A stretch of 64,000 bases of DNA. Source: an uncultured Gammaproteobacteria bacterium. GTDB lineage: Bacteria; Patescibacteriota; Patescibacteriia; SBBC01; CAIJZX01. Shown piece after piece: positions 11,118 through 21,166 of the stretch (position 1 is the stretch's first letter; every line of letters starts with the position of its first letter). A model generated the notes under the pieces. It made no database searches. It was not told where the DNA came from and worked only from the letters and a program-made list of their open reading frames with translations. A program made the translations under genes and the position numbers. Location of the stretch: contig CAYLHT010000001.1 of assembly GCA_964383765.1 (NCBI GenBank), forward strand, positions 36,998 to 100,997, written 5' to 3'.

Positions 11118-12122
11118 GTGGAGGAAGTCATGCCGAAAAAGATTGCGGTCTGGCGGCACGATCGGAAGGACTTCGAGTATTTGACACGTGATTCGATTGA
11201 GGCTCGACGCCCCCCGATTGGCCGCGAAGATTATGGGGAACGTTGTTTCACCGGCTCGGTCGCCATCCAGCAGCCAGCCGGTCAGCGAGCAATCTTTCGG
11301 TGGTCGGACCATCTCGACCGGTTCGAACAGAGCGTCGCGGCCGACGCTATGGTCAAACGGCTTCCCTGTTCGCGGGAACTCCTGACCAACGTCGTCAGCG
11401 ATCTGGTCTGGATGAATGATCAACCCTACATCCGTTGCAGCATTGGAAGCGTCGGAGGGGTCCGGGTTTATGCACACGATCCCCAACCTGACTTCCATGT
11501 CTGTACCGAGGACATCGATCCGATCACTCGCACGTACCTTGGCCCGGACGTGTCCACCAAAGGTCTCCGGGTGTTGGTGACCGACTGGCGACGCGGGTTT
11601 CCCGATGCCGTTACCATGGCCAAGTCAGCCAGCAATTACCAGCGCAGCATCAATGCTAAGGATGAGGCCGTCCAGGCCGGGATGGATGATGGCGCCCTCG
11701 TCGATTCAACCGGCGACTACCTATCCGAAGCGTCGGTCGCGAACCTGATCCTGATCAAGGGTCAACGAGCTTTCCGACCGGATCGGCGGTGTGGAGCGCT
11801 GGACAGCATCACCCGTCGGACGGCTGAGCGACTGCTCAAAGACACCGAGCAGATTGAGACCGACCCAGCCCTAATCGGGCCGAGGCTCCTCGAGGAGGCG
11901 GATGAAATCATGGCCTGCGGCACGGCTATCGGTTGCATCCGGATTCGGGAGCTAGCCTGGCCTGCTAAGGGCGTTCACTGGATGCTCCGTCGTGACGAAG
12001 CAGATCAAGTGGCTCTCCGGATCGATCGGAAATACCTGGCCTTGATTCAGGGTCAAGTTCTGGGCTACGACAACTGGTTCACACCGATCGAGAGCATGCA
12101 CGCTCAGACGGTCAGGACCTGA
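11118..12122 (+). CDS. class IV aminotransferase (branched-chain amino-acid / D-amino-acid aminotransferase fold)
   Basis: SASNYQRSINAKDEAVQAG...EASVANLILIKG...GALDSITRRT matches the fold-type IV PLP enzyme pattern (E..s.N.f, G..GITR). The probable true start is ATG 11130 after GGAGGAA. The region is markedly GC-rich. Confidence 0.7.
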   Translation: MEEVMPKKIAVWRHDRKDFEYLTRDSIEARRPPIGREDYGERCFTGSVAIQQPAGQRAIFRWSDHLDRFEQSVAADAMVKRLPCSRELLTNVVSDLVWMNDQPYIRCSIGSVGGVRVYAHDPQPDFHVCTEDIDPITRTYLGPDVSTKGLRVLVTDWRRGFPDAVTMAKSASNYQRSINAKDEAVQAGMDDGALVDSTGDYLSEASVANLILIKGQRAFRPDRRCGALDSITRRTAERLLKDTEQIETDPALIGPRLLEEADEIMACGTAIGCIRIRELAWPAKGVHWMLRRDEADQVALRIDRKYLALIQGQVLGYDNWFTPIESMHAQTVRT

Positions 12123-12130
12123 AGTTCTTC

Positions 12131-12155
12131 AGCAGCTCCCCCGAGCTGCTTTTTC
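12131..12155 (+). terminator. rho-independent terminator
   Basis: AGCAGCTC-cccc-GAGCTGCT followed by TTTTT. Confidence 0.7.
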
Positions 12156-12159
12156 TATC

Positions 12160-12188
12160 TTGATTTTTTGTAAGAAACGTGCTATACT
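12160..12188 (+). promoter_or_regulatory. sigma70-type promoter
   Basis: TTGATT (12160-12165), 17-nt spacer, TATACT (12183-12188), about 20 nt before ATG 12210. Confidence 0.55.
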
Positions 12189-12209
12189 CCCGTCAGAAAA
12201 CAAACACCC

Positions 12210-13196
12210 ATGCGAAAATTGTTCGTCGGATTTTTGGCCATCCTTGGGCTAAGCGCCCTGGTTTTTGCTGTGCCGGCCAAGGCCGCGACCAAGGTCCCTC
12301 GCAAGATTGACGGAGTGATGGTTGACCCAAAAAACGCTAATCCGTGGGTGACGGCGGTCATGATTGATAACCATCCGGCCGCCCGGCCACAATCAGGGAT
12401 GAGTAAAGCCTCAGTCATTTATGAGTCTTTAGCCGAAGGCGGCATCCCGCGGTTCATGGCGCTCTTCGTTGATTATTCAGTCAAAGTCTTCGGTCCGGTT
12501 CGATCGACTCGACCGTATTTTGTGCGTTACGCCGCGGAATACCCGGCGGCGATCGTCCACGCCGGCGGCAGTCCGGATGCCTTAGCGCTCATCCGCTCCC
12601 TTAAGCTCGGGAGCATCGAAGGGATTAAAGGAAAATTTGCGAAACTCTTCTACCGCGGCCCGGGCGGTGGTGTGCACGCCCTCTTCACGACCGGCCCAAA
12701 AGTTTGGACGGCCCTGAAAGCGCTGCGCTACGATCGGGCGACGCCGAAGTACCCAAGCTGGACCTTCGTGGATGAACCGGCGATAGCCGGCCGGGCAACC
12801 GGTAAACATGGTGCCATCATTGACCTGGGCGCAGGCAAACAGTACCAAATTCGGTTTGACTACGACCGCAAAACCAATACCTATAAACGCTTAACCGGTG
12901 GCCGACCCCAGATCGATAAGCTGACTAAACAACAACTGGCGCCAAAAAACGTAATTATCATTGTTGTTCCGAAGGAAAAAATCCTGGATCGCAAAGGCCG
13001 GCTTGATTTGCACACCGTCGGCCAAGATAAAGGCGTGCTCTTGAAAAACGGAAAATCAGTACCGATTGTTTGGAAAAAACCGGGCACGCGAACCCGCACC
13101 CAGTTTTTCACGACCGACGGAAAAGCAGCTGAACTGAATCGCGGTCAAACCTGGATTGTGGTCGTGCCGCGAACCCACAAGTATAATTTGTTCTAA
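12210..13196 (+). CDS. secreted DUF3048 (YerB-like) domain protein
   Basis: Signal peptide MRKLFVGFLAILGLSALVFAVPAKA; ESLAEGGIPRFMALF and HAGGSPDA blocks resemble the DUF3048 N/C domains. Confidence 0.55.
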   Translation: MRKLFVGFLAILGLSALVFAVPAKAATKVPRKIDGVMVDPKNANPWVTAVMIDNHPAARPQSGMSKASVIYESLAEGGIPRFMALFVDYSVKVFGPVRSTRPYFVRYAAEYPAAIVHAGGSPDALALIRSLKLGSIEGIKGKFAKLFYRGPGGGVHALFTTGPKVWTALKALRYDRATPKYPSWTFVDEPAIAGRATGKHGAIIDLGAGKQYQIRFDYDRKTNTYKRLTGGRPQIDKLTKQQLAPKNVIIIVVPKEKILDRKGRLDLHTVGQDKGVLLKNGKSVPIVWKKPGTRTRTQFFTTDGKAAELNRGQTWIVVVPRTHKYNLF

Positions 13197-13199
13197 GTT

Positions 13200-14765
13200 T
13201 TAATCGTTCTCAACCGTCATCGCGGTCAACGTCACCGGCGGTTGATTTGGTTCGAACGACAAGCGAATTTCCTGTATCAAATTTTGTGTTTTTTCCGGCA
13301 AGGGTAAATCGGCTTGTCCGGAGACATCGACCGAGACGCTCCGGCCCTCTCTAAATCGAGTCTGACCAAGCACCATCCAATCAATGCGAACCCGGAAACT
13401 TTTATTATTCTGAGCTGCTAACTTCAGTCGGGGATGGTAACGTGGATCAAGTCGCAAATCTGCTGCCGTGAACACCGTCGCGGGCGGTGTGACAGTGAAG
13501 CTCGTCGACGTCCGATGGAGCTGTTTTCGATCACCGTGCCACGGTATAGCCATCAAACTTGCTGAACGTGGGTGGGTCAGCGCTCGGACAGCGTGAATTT
13601 GGAAATAGCGATGAAGAGTGTTGAGACTAATGAGGTTGAGCGTGATAAACAGTGTCAACGTCAGCGTCGCTGCGGTTGATTGATGCACCCGTGACGTCCA
13701 GTCAGCCACGGTTTTTCCCATGATGATAGCCAGGGCTGGGATCAGCGCAAACAAATAACGACCCTGCGGTTGGAAGAAATAGGTGTTTTGGTAAATCACA
13801 AAGGCGACCGTTAACACCACCCCAACCCAAAGCCAGATCAGTAGTCGATCACGTTTCGCCTGCTTCAAACTCCGCAGCGCCAAGACAGCAATCCACGCCA
13901 ACCCGAGCCCGTACCAGGTCACCGGAATCGAAACATCGAATTTTCCAAACACGCCAATCAAACTGGCAGCCAATTTTCCGATCATGCTGATGAACCGGCC
14001 TGAGGTCGTAATCGGTTCTTGTTGATTGTGCCACCAGACCAGTGTGTGTTTCAGCCCCAAGAGATCGCCGACTCGCATGATGTTGTGCACGAACCACCAA
14101 CCGCTGATAGCAAGGGCAGCAATGCTGGCCTGAATCCAGCGCTGCCACGGCTGTCGCCACAAACGATACAGAAATACCACTGCCACCATTGGAAAAAGAT
14201 TGACCTTTGTGAGCAATGCTAAACCAACCAAGCCGCCAAACCACCAGGCTTGCCCGGACGTAAGTTTGGAGTCGAATGTCACCGCCACTAACCACAACAA
14301 CCCAGACATCACGATCACGAGAATGTCATTGCTGAAACTAGTACCCATATACAACACCATTGGCAACATCAACATGGACATGACTGTCATACACGCCGCC
14401 CGACTCGATGGGAATAACCGTCGACCTAAGCGGTAGAAAATCCAAACGGCGGCGATGATCAATACGATTGAGGTCAGCCGATTCAGCTCAAGCTGGGTGA
14501 CAAACGAAAAATGTTGCGCACCCCAAACCAACGGCAGGCTGAGCAGGTAATACAGCGGCGGTTGGTGACTCTCCCAGGGCAACCATGGGTAGTCATACGC
14601 CGGGAGTTGATGATCAAGCAGAATCGTTCTCGGATATGCCAAGTGCGCGGTTTCATCGGGTGGGCTGGTGACGGGATTGAACCAGGCAAAGGCCCCGACC
14701 AATACCACGATGGCAATGATAACCAGAATTTCCCCGCGACCCCGAAGGGCTGAAATGAATTTCAT
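13200..14765 (-). CDS. GT-C family membrane glycosyltransferase (PMT/ArnT-like, family 39-like)
   Basis: 521 aa with 10 or more N-terminal TM helices and a soluble C-terminal domain. Loop 1 region DETAHLAYPR; typical architecture of dolichyl/undecaprenyl-phosphate-sugar dependent transferases. Confidence 0.6.
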   Translation of the reverse strand: MKFISALRGRGEILVIIAIVVLVGAFAWFNPVTSPPDETAHLAYPRTILLDHQLPAYDYPWLPWESHQPPLYYLLSLPLVWGAQHFSFVTQLELNRLTSIVLIIAAVWIFYRLGRRLFPSSRAACMTVMSMLMLPMVLYMGTSFSNDILVIVMSGLLWLVAVTFDSKLTSGQAWWFGGLVGLALLTKVNLFPMVAVVFLYRLWRQPWQRWIQASIAALAISGWWFVHNIMRVGDLLGLKHTLVWWHNQQEPITTSGRFISMIGKLAASLIGVFGKFDVSIPVTWYGLGLAWIAVLALRSLKQAKRDRLLIWLWVGVVLTVAFVIYQNTYFFQPQGRYLFALIPALAIIMGKTVADWTSRVHQSTAATLTLTLFITLNLISLNTLHRYFQIHAVRALTHPRSASLMAIPWHGDRKQLHRTSTSFTVTPPATVFTAADLRLDPRYHPRLKLAAQNNKSFRVRIDWMVLGQTRFREGRSVSVDVSGQADLPLPEKTQNLIQEIRLSFEPNQPPVTLTAMTVEND

Positions 14766-14801
14766 AGTTACCCAGTCCTGTGCTGACCGGCGATCTGCCG
14801 G

Positions 14802-17456
14802 CTAGAAACTTGTAAACGACCGCTTACCTAGATCTGTACACCCCTGTGAAGAGGTCAGACTGGGTCGACAGGAGGAAATACTCGCGACAAAGGCTTGAGC
14901 CGAAGAGGCCGGAACGCTGACCGTATGGCTGGTCCCGGCTGCAGCTTGCGTATACGTCGTTGATCCAATCGTGATTTTGGCGTTCGTGGCCAGGTTGGTT
15001 GACCACTGAAACGTCATGTTCCCAGCCACAATCGGCCCGAAACGAATATTCCTGATAATCGGTTGGCTATTCGTAATCTGCCCGGATGAAAAGCCGTAGG
15101 GTTTGAGGTTGGCATTTGATTGATAGGTATAGAGCAGGCCGTGAGATGCATAGAGCCGGAACGTCTCCGGTCGATTCTTGATCCCAGCCACCAGAAGGAA
15201 TGGTTTGGTATCGGCCAATCGAATGAATTTCGGAATAACATTGCCCACCGCACCCCCCGACGGAGTGCCACCCAGGGGAACCGGCCAGATGGTATCGTGG
15301 TACAGATTGATGACCATGGGTTGAATCCGACCCCGGGCGGGGCTGAGCGCCAAAACCACATCAGCGGTCTCGTTAGCAGCGATATCAATGTTGACTCCCC
15401 CCGCCGTCAACCACGTGGGGAGACTGATCCGTGGCTGGGTCCCGAAGACATTAGACTGTTTGGCGTACGTGAGTTCTTGGCCAGAGGCGTTGTACACCCG
15501 CACACGTCCGGCCGAGGTTGCCCCACTAGTGACAAAGACATAGTGTGCATCCGAAGCGCTGTAGGTTATTTTGCGAGCAAAAATACTGCCGCCGTACCCA
15601 GGAAACGGAGTGATCGTTTTTGTCCCAAGACGAAGCGAGCGGCCCGTCAGCTTCACGTCGGAAATCGAGGGCAGAACGTTGATGTACCGGTAGGCCGTCC
15701 CATAGGGACCAGAACCAGTGTAGGTCTTGGTGTTGTTGCCAGCCGCGTCGGTGGCGTCGTACCCAACCCAATACTGACCAGCCACGGCGGTGTTGAGCGC
15801 CGGAGTACTGTTGCGAATGCGGTACGTCACGGTCGGATCGAGGTTATCGGTAACGGTCGCTCCTGATTCTGAGTAGGTTGACCCACGTTTAAGGAAGATG
15901 GTTTTTGGTCCGTTGACAACTATGCCGGGATACGTGCCGTCAATTGTATAATCAACACTCAGGCCGGTTGAGTTTCCGCTCAGATCAGAGAAAACAAAAG
16001 AGCACGTTTTGACACCCTCACTGGTTGTGATCGTGGCAGCCGTGACTTGTTTTGACGCGCTGACAATTCCCGAGCTGGTACAGTCTCTTGAAACGACAAC
16101 GGTTCCGGTCTCGGATGATGTCACCACCATGGTTGAGGCAGAGCTGTTCAATTTCGCGTACAGCGTTGGAGCGGTCGTCAAGGTCAATGTCGGGGAAACG
16201 TAATCAACTTCAACCGCACCGATATCGCACACTGAGCTGTTGCCAGAAATACCTACCTGGGGTCGGCTAAAATACCTTTGATCGAGTGATGGACAACCCG
16301 TATTCGTACCGGCGTCAATCACGGGACTGTTCGAGAGCGGTAAATAATTCTTTGTTAGAGCCAGCTGACTGGTAGAATTATTAATGGCTAACGTTGATGA
16401 AAGTTGGGGGTCAGTACCGAGAATATTCCCGGTGGTGGTACCAGTGATGGTGCACCCGATGGTTGACTCAATTAGGTTGTAGCCTTGTGAGGCGAAGGCG
16501 CTTCCTCCACAGTCAGGCGAAGCACCGGAACTATCAACATTGAGCGCAATGATTGAATTTTTTACATTCAACGTCCCGGTGTCATTCCAGATTCCCCCAA
16601 ATCCACTGACGGCGGTATTTCGGGCAACCGTGACATTGGTGAGCGTCATCGTACCCGCGTTGTAGATACCGCCACTGTCGGACGATGACGTATTGGCTGC
16701 GATCGTCGACGTGTCGATGGTGGCGGTTGCAAAATTAACTAGTCCGCCCACGCCTCCCCCCGCCGCTGCGGAATTTTCTGAAACAGTCGACTTTGTCATG
16801 GTTAGCGTCCCACTATCAATCTCAATCCCGCCCGCTTGAAAACCGGCCGTATTACTGGCGACGGTCGTGTCAGACATGTAGAGCGTACCAACATCACTAT
16901 AGATTCCGCCGCCAAACCCGCCGGTACCGGCGGCGGTATTGCTCGTGACCAACACCCCCGATAATGTCAGGGAGCCCGTACTTTGAATGCCACCACCACT
17001 ATCACTCACGTATCCTCCGCGAATGGTGAGTGATTGGATAATGGTTGAACCGGAAATAATGTCGATAATTCGGTCACCGAATGAAGCTCCATTAGCGGTG
17101 ATGGTTGTGGAATTTTGTCCGGCCCCGTTAATCACGACTGAACCTGAGGTGACATCGAGGTCTCCAGTCTGGTTATTGTCTTCGCCGGTTCCGGTGATTG
17201 ATAAAGTGTAGGTGTTTGCCCCAAGAGTGATGGTGTCAGCCGTCGAGCTCGCCCCAGCCGTACAGGCATCAACGGTCGTGTTCGTATTGGCAGCTTGAAT
17301 TGCCTCACGCAACGTACAGTTGCCATTGGTGGTCAGGTCGTCGACTGTTGTCGTGACCGTAATCGTGGCTGCTGAAGCCGAATGTGAGAAGCATGCGGCG
17401 CCGGCAAAGACAATAATGCCGAGTGCGGCACATCGGTTGAGGAAAAGCTTGTGCAT
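14802..17456 (-). CDS. large secreted CSLREA-domain / parallel beta-helix repeat protein
   Basis: Signal peptide MHKLFLNRCAALGIIVFAGAACFSHSASA. CTLREAIQAAN matches the CSLREA (choice-of-anchor Q) motif. Many GGGIYS.../NTA... PbH1-type repeats. The start is set at Met26 of the longer ORF (cat at 17454-17456). Confidence 0.7.
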   Translation of the reverse strand: MHKLFLNRCAALGIIVFAGAACFSHSASAATITVTTTVDDLTTNGNCTLREAIQAANTNTTVDACTAGASSTADTITLGANTYTLSITGTGEDNNQTGDLDVTSGSVVINGAGQNSTTITANGASFGDRIIDIISGSTIIQSLTIRGGYVSDSGGGIQSTGSLTLSGVLVTSNTAAGTGGFGGGIYSDVGTLYMSDTTVASNTAGFQAGGIEIDSGTLTMTKSTVSENSAAAGGGVGGLVNFATATIDTSTIAANTSSSDSGGIYNAGTMTLTNVTVARNTAVSGFGGIWNDTGTLNVKNSIIALNVDSSGASPDCGGSAFASQGYNLIESTIGCTITGTTTGNILGTDPQLSSTLAINNSTSQLALTKNYLPLSNSPVIDAGTNTGCPSLDQRYFSRPQVGISGNSSVCDIGAVEVDYVSPTLTLTTAPTLYAKLNSSASTMVVTSSETGTVVVSRDCTSSGIVSASKQVTAATITTSEGVKTCSFVFSDLSGNSTGLSVDYTIDGTYPGIVVNGPKTIFLKRGSTYSESGATVTDNLDPTVTYRIRNSTPALNTAVAGQYWVGYDATDAAGNNTKTYTGSGPYGTAYRYINVLPSISDVKLTGRSLRLGTKTITPFPGYGGSIFARKITYSASDAHYVFVTSGATSAGRVRVYNASGQELTYAKQSNVFGTQPRISLPTWLTAGGVNIDIAANETADVVLALSPARGRIQPMVINLYHDTIWPVPLGGTPSGGAVGNVIPKFIRLADTKPFLLVAGIKNRPETFRLYASHGLLYTYQSNANLKPYGFSSGQITNSQPIIRNIRFGPIVAGNMTFQWSTNLATNAKITIGSTTYTQAAAGTSHTVSVPASSAQAFVASISSCRPSLTSSQGCTDLGKRSFTSF

Positions 17457-17551
17457 ATTCTTACTTTCAGCAACAGTATAGCACGTCGAAACGGAAAAAT
17501 CCATCGATACCTCTCCTGGCAGAACACCCATTCAGAATTAGATGGATACTC

Positions 17552-18406
17552 TCAACCGTACACCTGATGATATTCTTTGCGTGTTTGCCGCGCGTGTTTT
17601 TCAAAATCGAGAAAAATCCCCATATCTCTCCCTCGAGCTTTCTGTCGGCGAATGAATTGGCGGCGAAAAGTCGACGGAATTATTTGCCACCACCTATACG
17701 GAACATACATATCAAAGCTATTAGGTGGCAACGATAGCAAACGCAACGTTCGTCGGTCCCCAGCTCGGGCATAATAACGGTTTAAACCATCAAATAAAGC
17801 CAGCCGGTATCCAGATCGAATCAGCAATAGTTCCCAGGATTTGAACGATGGGGTGGGGTGCATCGGAAGCGTCGATTCAATCACGATCACCGTCGGTCGC
17901 CAGCGGTTCAAATCAATCGATTTCAGCACATCCCGCTCACTTCCCTCAACGTCAATTTTAAGAAAATCAATTCTTGTGACGCGGTGTTGCGTCAATATCT
18001 GGTTGAGGGTTTGTGTAGGAACACGAATGACGGTTGGGGTTAATCCGAAACGAACATGCTCAGCCGCTGCCCGTTTGTTCGACGTCGCTAAACCCCAGCC
18101 GCCTGCAAACTGGGTTAGTCGAGTGTCATGTCGCGAAGTGCCCACCGCACACTGGAGATTGATATCACGTGGCCGGGCAGTATGTAATACCTTGAAAATA
18201 TTTGGCTGTGGTTCAATATTAATTCCGCGCCAACCGAGATCATAAAAATACTTTGTGACAGAGCTGACGGTTGGGTACGCCGCTCCAACGTCAACATAGA
18301 ATCCCTTGGTTTTGTTTAATGCTCGACGCAAAAGCACGTCCTCACCCTGCTCTGCAAACGAAATCATCGGCTGCAGAGAGGAGCCCACATCAGAACGTTT
18401 CGGCAT
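17552..18406 (-). CDS. FkbM-family methyltransferase
   Basis: FYVDVGAAYPT...IDFLKIDVEGSERDVL is the FkbM-domain signature. Confidence 0.75.
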   Translation of the reverse strand: MPKRSDVGSSLQPMISFAEQGEDVLLRRALNKTKGFYVDVGAAYPTVSSVTKYFYDLGWRGINIEPQPNIFKVLHTARPRDINLQCAVGTSRHDTRLTQFAGGWGLATSNKRAAAEHVRFGLTPTVIRVPTQTLNQILTQHRVTRIDFLKIDVEGSERDVLKSIDLNRWRPTVIVIESTLPMHPTPSFKSWELLLIRSGYRLALFDGLNRYYARAGDRRTLRLLSLPPNSFDMYVPYRWWQIIPSTFRRQFIRRQKARGRDMGIFLDFEKHARQTRKEYHQVYG

Positions 18407-18417
18407 TGAAAGAATCT

Positions 18418-21075
18418 TTATCGATTCCCGTGCTTCTTGATCATCTCCTCAACCTGGTCCATTTTGACTGAGAGGAGTTGTGAGACTCCATCATCACCCA
18501 TGGTCACGCCGTACAAAATCTGGGCTTTCTCCATAGTGGCGCGGTTATGGGTGATGGTAATGAACTGCGTTTTGTGGGCGAGTTGATCGAGAATCGCGGC
18601 AAAGCGTTGCGAGTTGGCTTCATCCAAAGCGGCGTCGACTTCATCCAGCACCACGAACGGCGAGGGATTGTTGGCAATAATCGCGCACAGCAGGGCAATT
18701 GATGATAACGCTCGCTCACCGCCGGAGAGCATGGCAATCGATTGAAGTTTTTTGCCCGGAGGCGTGGCCTTAATATCAATGCCCGTGACAACTTTTTCAG
18801 CTTGGGGTTCGGGTTTTGGTTCGGCGGCCGGGCCGGTGTCTTGAGCCGCCGCGACTTCGGCTTCAGTCATATCATCGTCTTCGCGGATCGCTTCTTTGAT
18901 CAACACCAGTTCGGCCCGGCCGCCGCGGAAGAGCGCTCGGAAGTAGGTGTTGAACTCGGCGTTGATCTTTTTGAAAGCGGCATCGAATTGTTTTTTGATG
19001 ATCTCATCAAGCTCAGCAATGGCCGCTTCCAACTGTGTAATCCCGGCTTTCAAATCCTCGGCTTGCTTGGATAAGAACTCCCAGCGTTGGTTGGTGTCGG
19101 TGTACTCGGCGGTGACCTGCTCATCAATCCCGCCGATCAGTTCCAACTGATGCTTCAGATGTCCAATTTCTTCGGCCAACATGGCGACGTCGCCGTCCAG
19201 TTTTTTCTTGGCGGCGGCAGTGACTGTTTCAACTCCGGCGGGACCCATGGCCTGTTCGATTTCGCGCTGCAGATCCTCTTGCCGCTGCTCCAGGCGGGCC
19301 AACGAGACCTGTAATTCGTTGACTTGATTGGTGGAAATGTTCAAGCGATGCTGGGTTCCACGGAATTCTTTCTGAAGACTAAAGAGTCGATCTTTCTTGG
19401 TGGTTTCATTCTGGTTGAATTGCTGAATGTCGTCGCGGGCAACTTTCAGGCGCTGATCAGCATCTTCAATTTGACCGTCGAGTTTCTTGACCTGGTCAAC
19501 GTACATGGCGTACGCCTGCTCGGGATGCGTTTTCGCGAGTTCTTCCACGCTTGATTCGGCCTGCCAGTGTTCAAAGTCCGATTTGAGTTTTTGTTGCTGA
19601 TCCGACAAGCGTTGCTGCTGGTCGAGATGACGCTGAACCTCGGTTTGAGCCGTGGCGAGGCGTAAACCTAGGGCTTGACGCTGCGTCGCGAGCTCGAGCA
19701 ATTCTTGTTGCTCCGTTAAGAGCGTGAGCGGATCAACCGCATCATTGGCCGCGCCGAAACGCTGGCTCAGGGATGTCAGCTGTTGATGGACTTTCTCAAT
19801 CGCCGTTCGGACTTTGGGTAACGCCGGCGCTTCAGCGCTCAGTTCAGTGGTGACTTGATCCAAGACCTGAGTCAGGCCATCTACTTCAGACTTAGCTTTT
19901 GACCAACTTAAACTTTTTTGGAGTTGTTGACGGAAGCTCGTTAGTCGCTGTTGAACGCTCGCAAACTTTTTTTCGAGCGTCGCCGATTCGTGTTCGGCTT
20001 GTTTCAATTTCTCGCGGCTGCTCTTCAATAGCGGTTCAAGGGCCTCCAACTCTTCTTGAATTTGGGCGAGCGAACGTTTGACGTCTTGCATCTGCTGTTG
20101 CCGGAAGACCGTTTCGGCTTGACCGGCCTGCCGGGCCGCGACGTCGAGCTTCCCTTTGGCGGCCGAGCGTTGTTCGAGCAATTTATTCTTCTGATCGAGA
20201 ATGTGATTGTAGGCTTTTTGCAATCCGGAAAACTGTTCTGAGGCTGACCGCTCTTTTTCGATCTTTTCGAGTTCCTGTTGGATGGCTTCAATTTCCTTTT
20301 GGATCTCGGCGCGGCGCTGATCGGCTTGACCGTGCTCTTCCGTAACTGTTTTCAGTTCCCGCTGTAGCTCCTGCCAGCGCAAGCCAAAGAAACGTGTGTA
20401 TTCTTGTTTGAGTTCCTGTTCAATTTCTTCACGTCGTTCTAACCGTTTAACCTGGCGCGTGAGTGACCGCAGTCGCGGTTCGATTTCTTGCATGATAGCT
20501 TCACCTTGAGCTAGGTTCTCCTTGCTCTGGGCGAGTTTACTGACGGCTTGTTCGCGCTTCATTTGATACTGTCGTACGCCCGCCGCTTCATCGAACAAGT
20601 GTTTGCGTTCCTGCGGACTCGACAGTAAAAACGAGTCGATCATCCCCTGGCCAATCACCGAATAGGTGCGCTGGCCGAAATTTGCCTGAGCGAGCATCAG
20701 GTGAATGTCCTGTAGGCGGGACGGTTGATTATTAATCATGTACTCACCCTCGCCGTCACGGTAGACGCGGCGGGTCAGAATCAGCTCGCCGTAATCAATC
20801 GGCGCGCGGCGATCGCTGTTGTCGAGGTAGAGCGAGACTTCAGCCACGCCTAAACGTGACTTCTTATCCGACCCGGCAAAAATCACGTCGTCACTCTTTT
20901 TCCCGCGCAGTAACTTAAGTGACTGCTCGCCGAGCACCCAGCGAATCGCGTCAGCCACATTTGATTTGCCTGATCCGTTCGGGCCAACAATCGCGGTAAT
21001 CCCACGCCCAAAATCGAGCGACGTACCGCTGGCAAACGACTTGAAGCCTTGGATCTGTAACTTGGATAAATACAT
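18418..21075 (-). CDS. smc: chromosome segregation protein SMC (compact, 885 aa)
   Basis: N-terminal Walker A GPNGSGKSN, long coiled-coil (E/Q/L/K-rich), C-terminal signature LSGGERALSSIALL and Walker B VVLDEVDAALD. Confidence 0.9.
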   Translation of the reverse strand: MYLSKLQIQGFKSFASGTSLDFGRGITAIVGPNGSGKSNVADAIRWVLGEQSLKLLRGKKSDDVIFAGSDKKSRLGVAEVSLYLDNSDRRAPIDYGELILTRRVYRDGEGEYMINNQPSRLQDIHLMLAQANFGQRTYSVIGQGMIDSFLLSSPQERKHLFDEAAGVRQYQMKREQAVSKLAQSKENLAQGEAIMQEIEPRLRSLTRQVKRLERREEIEQELKQEYTRFFGLRWQELQRELKTVTEEHGQADQRRAEIQKEIEAIQQELEKIEKERSASEQFSGLQKAYNHILDQKNKLLEQRSAAKGKLDVAARQAGQAETVFRQQQMQDVKRSLAQIQEELEALEPLLKSSREKLKQAEHESATLEKKFASVQQRLTSFRQQLQKSLSWSKAKSEVDGLTQVLDQVTTELSAEAPALPKVRTAIEKVHQQLTSLSQRFGAANDAVDPLTLLTEQQELLELATQRQALGLRLATAQTEVQRHLDQQQRLSDQQQKLKSDFEHWQAESSVEELAKTHPEQAYAMYVDQVKKLDGQIEDADQRLKVARDDIQQFNQNETTKKDRLFSLQKEFRGTQHRLNISTNQVNELQVSLARLEQRQEDLQREIEQAMGPAGVETVTAAAKKKLDGDVAMLAEEIGHLKHQLELIGGIDEQVTAEYTDTNQRWEFLSKQAEDLKAGITQLEAAIAELDEIIKKQFDAAFKKINAEFNTYFRALFRGGRAELVLIKEAIREDDDMTEAEVAAAQDTGPAAEPKPEPQAEKVVTGIDIKATPPGKKLQSIAMLSGGERALSSIALLCAIIANNPSPFVVLDEVDAALDEANSQRFAAILDQLAHKTQFITITHNRATMEKAQILYGVTMGDDGVSQLLSVKMDQVEEMIKKHGNR

Positions 21076-21166
21076 CTGGACAGCTTTGAGCTGGTAGCTG
21101 TTAGCTTTTAGAAATTTTAGAAACTATGAGTCATGCTAGTACAAGCTATAAGCTACCAGCTAACAG

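Noticed and set aside
10926-11498. 190-aa minus-strand ORF overlapping the start of the aminotransferase gene
   Set aside because: It lies antisense to a motif-supported class IV aminotransferase in a GC-rich region where long spurious ORFs are expected, and it has no motif of its own.
18742-20291. Multiple 60-110-aa ORFs on both strands inside smc
   Set aside because: They are antisense or frame-shifted relative to a fully motif-supported SMC gene, and are repetitive coiled-coil-derived low-complexity sequences.
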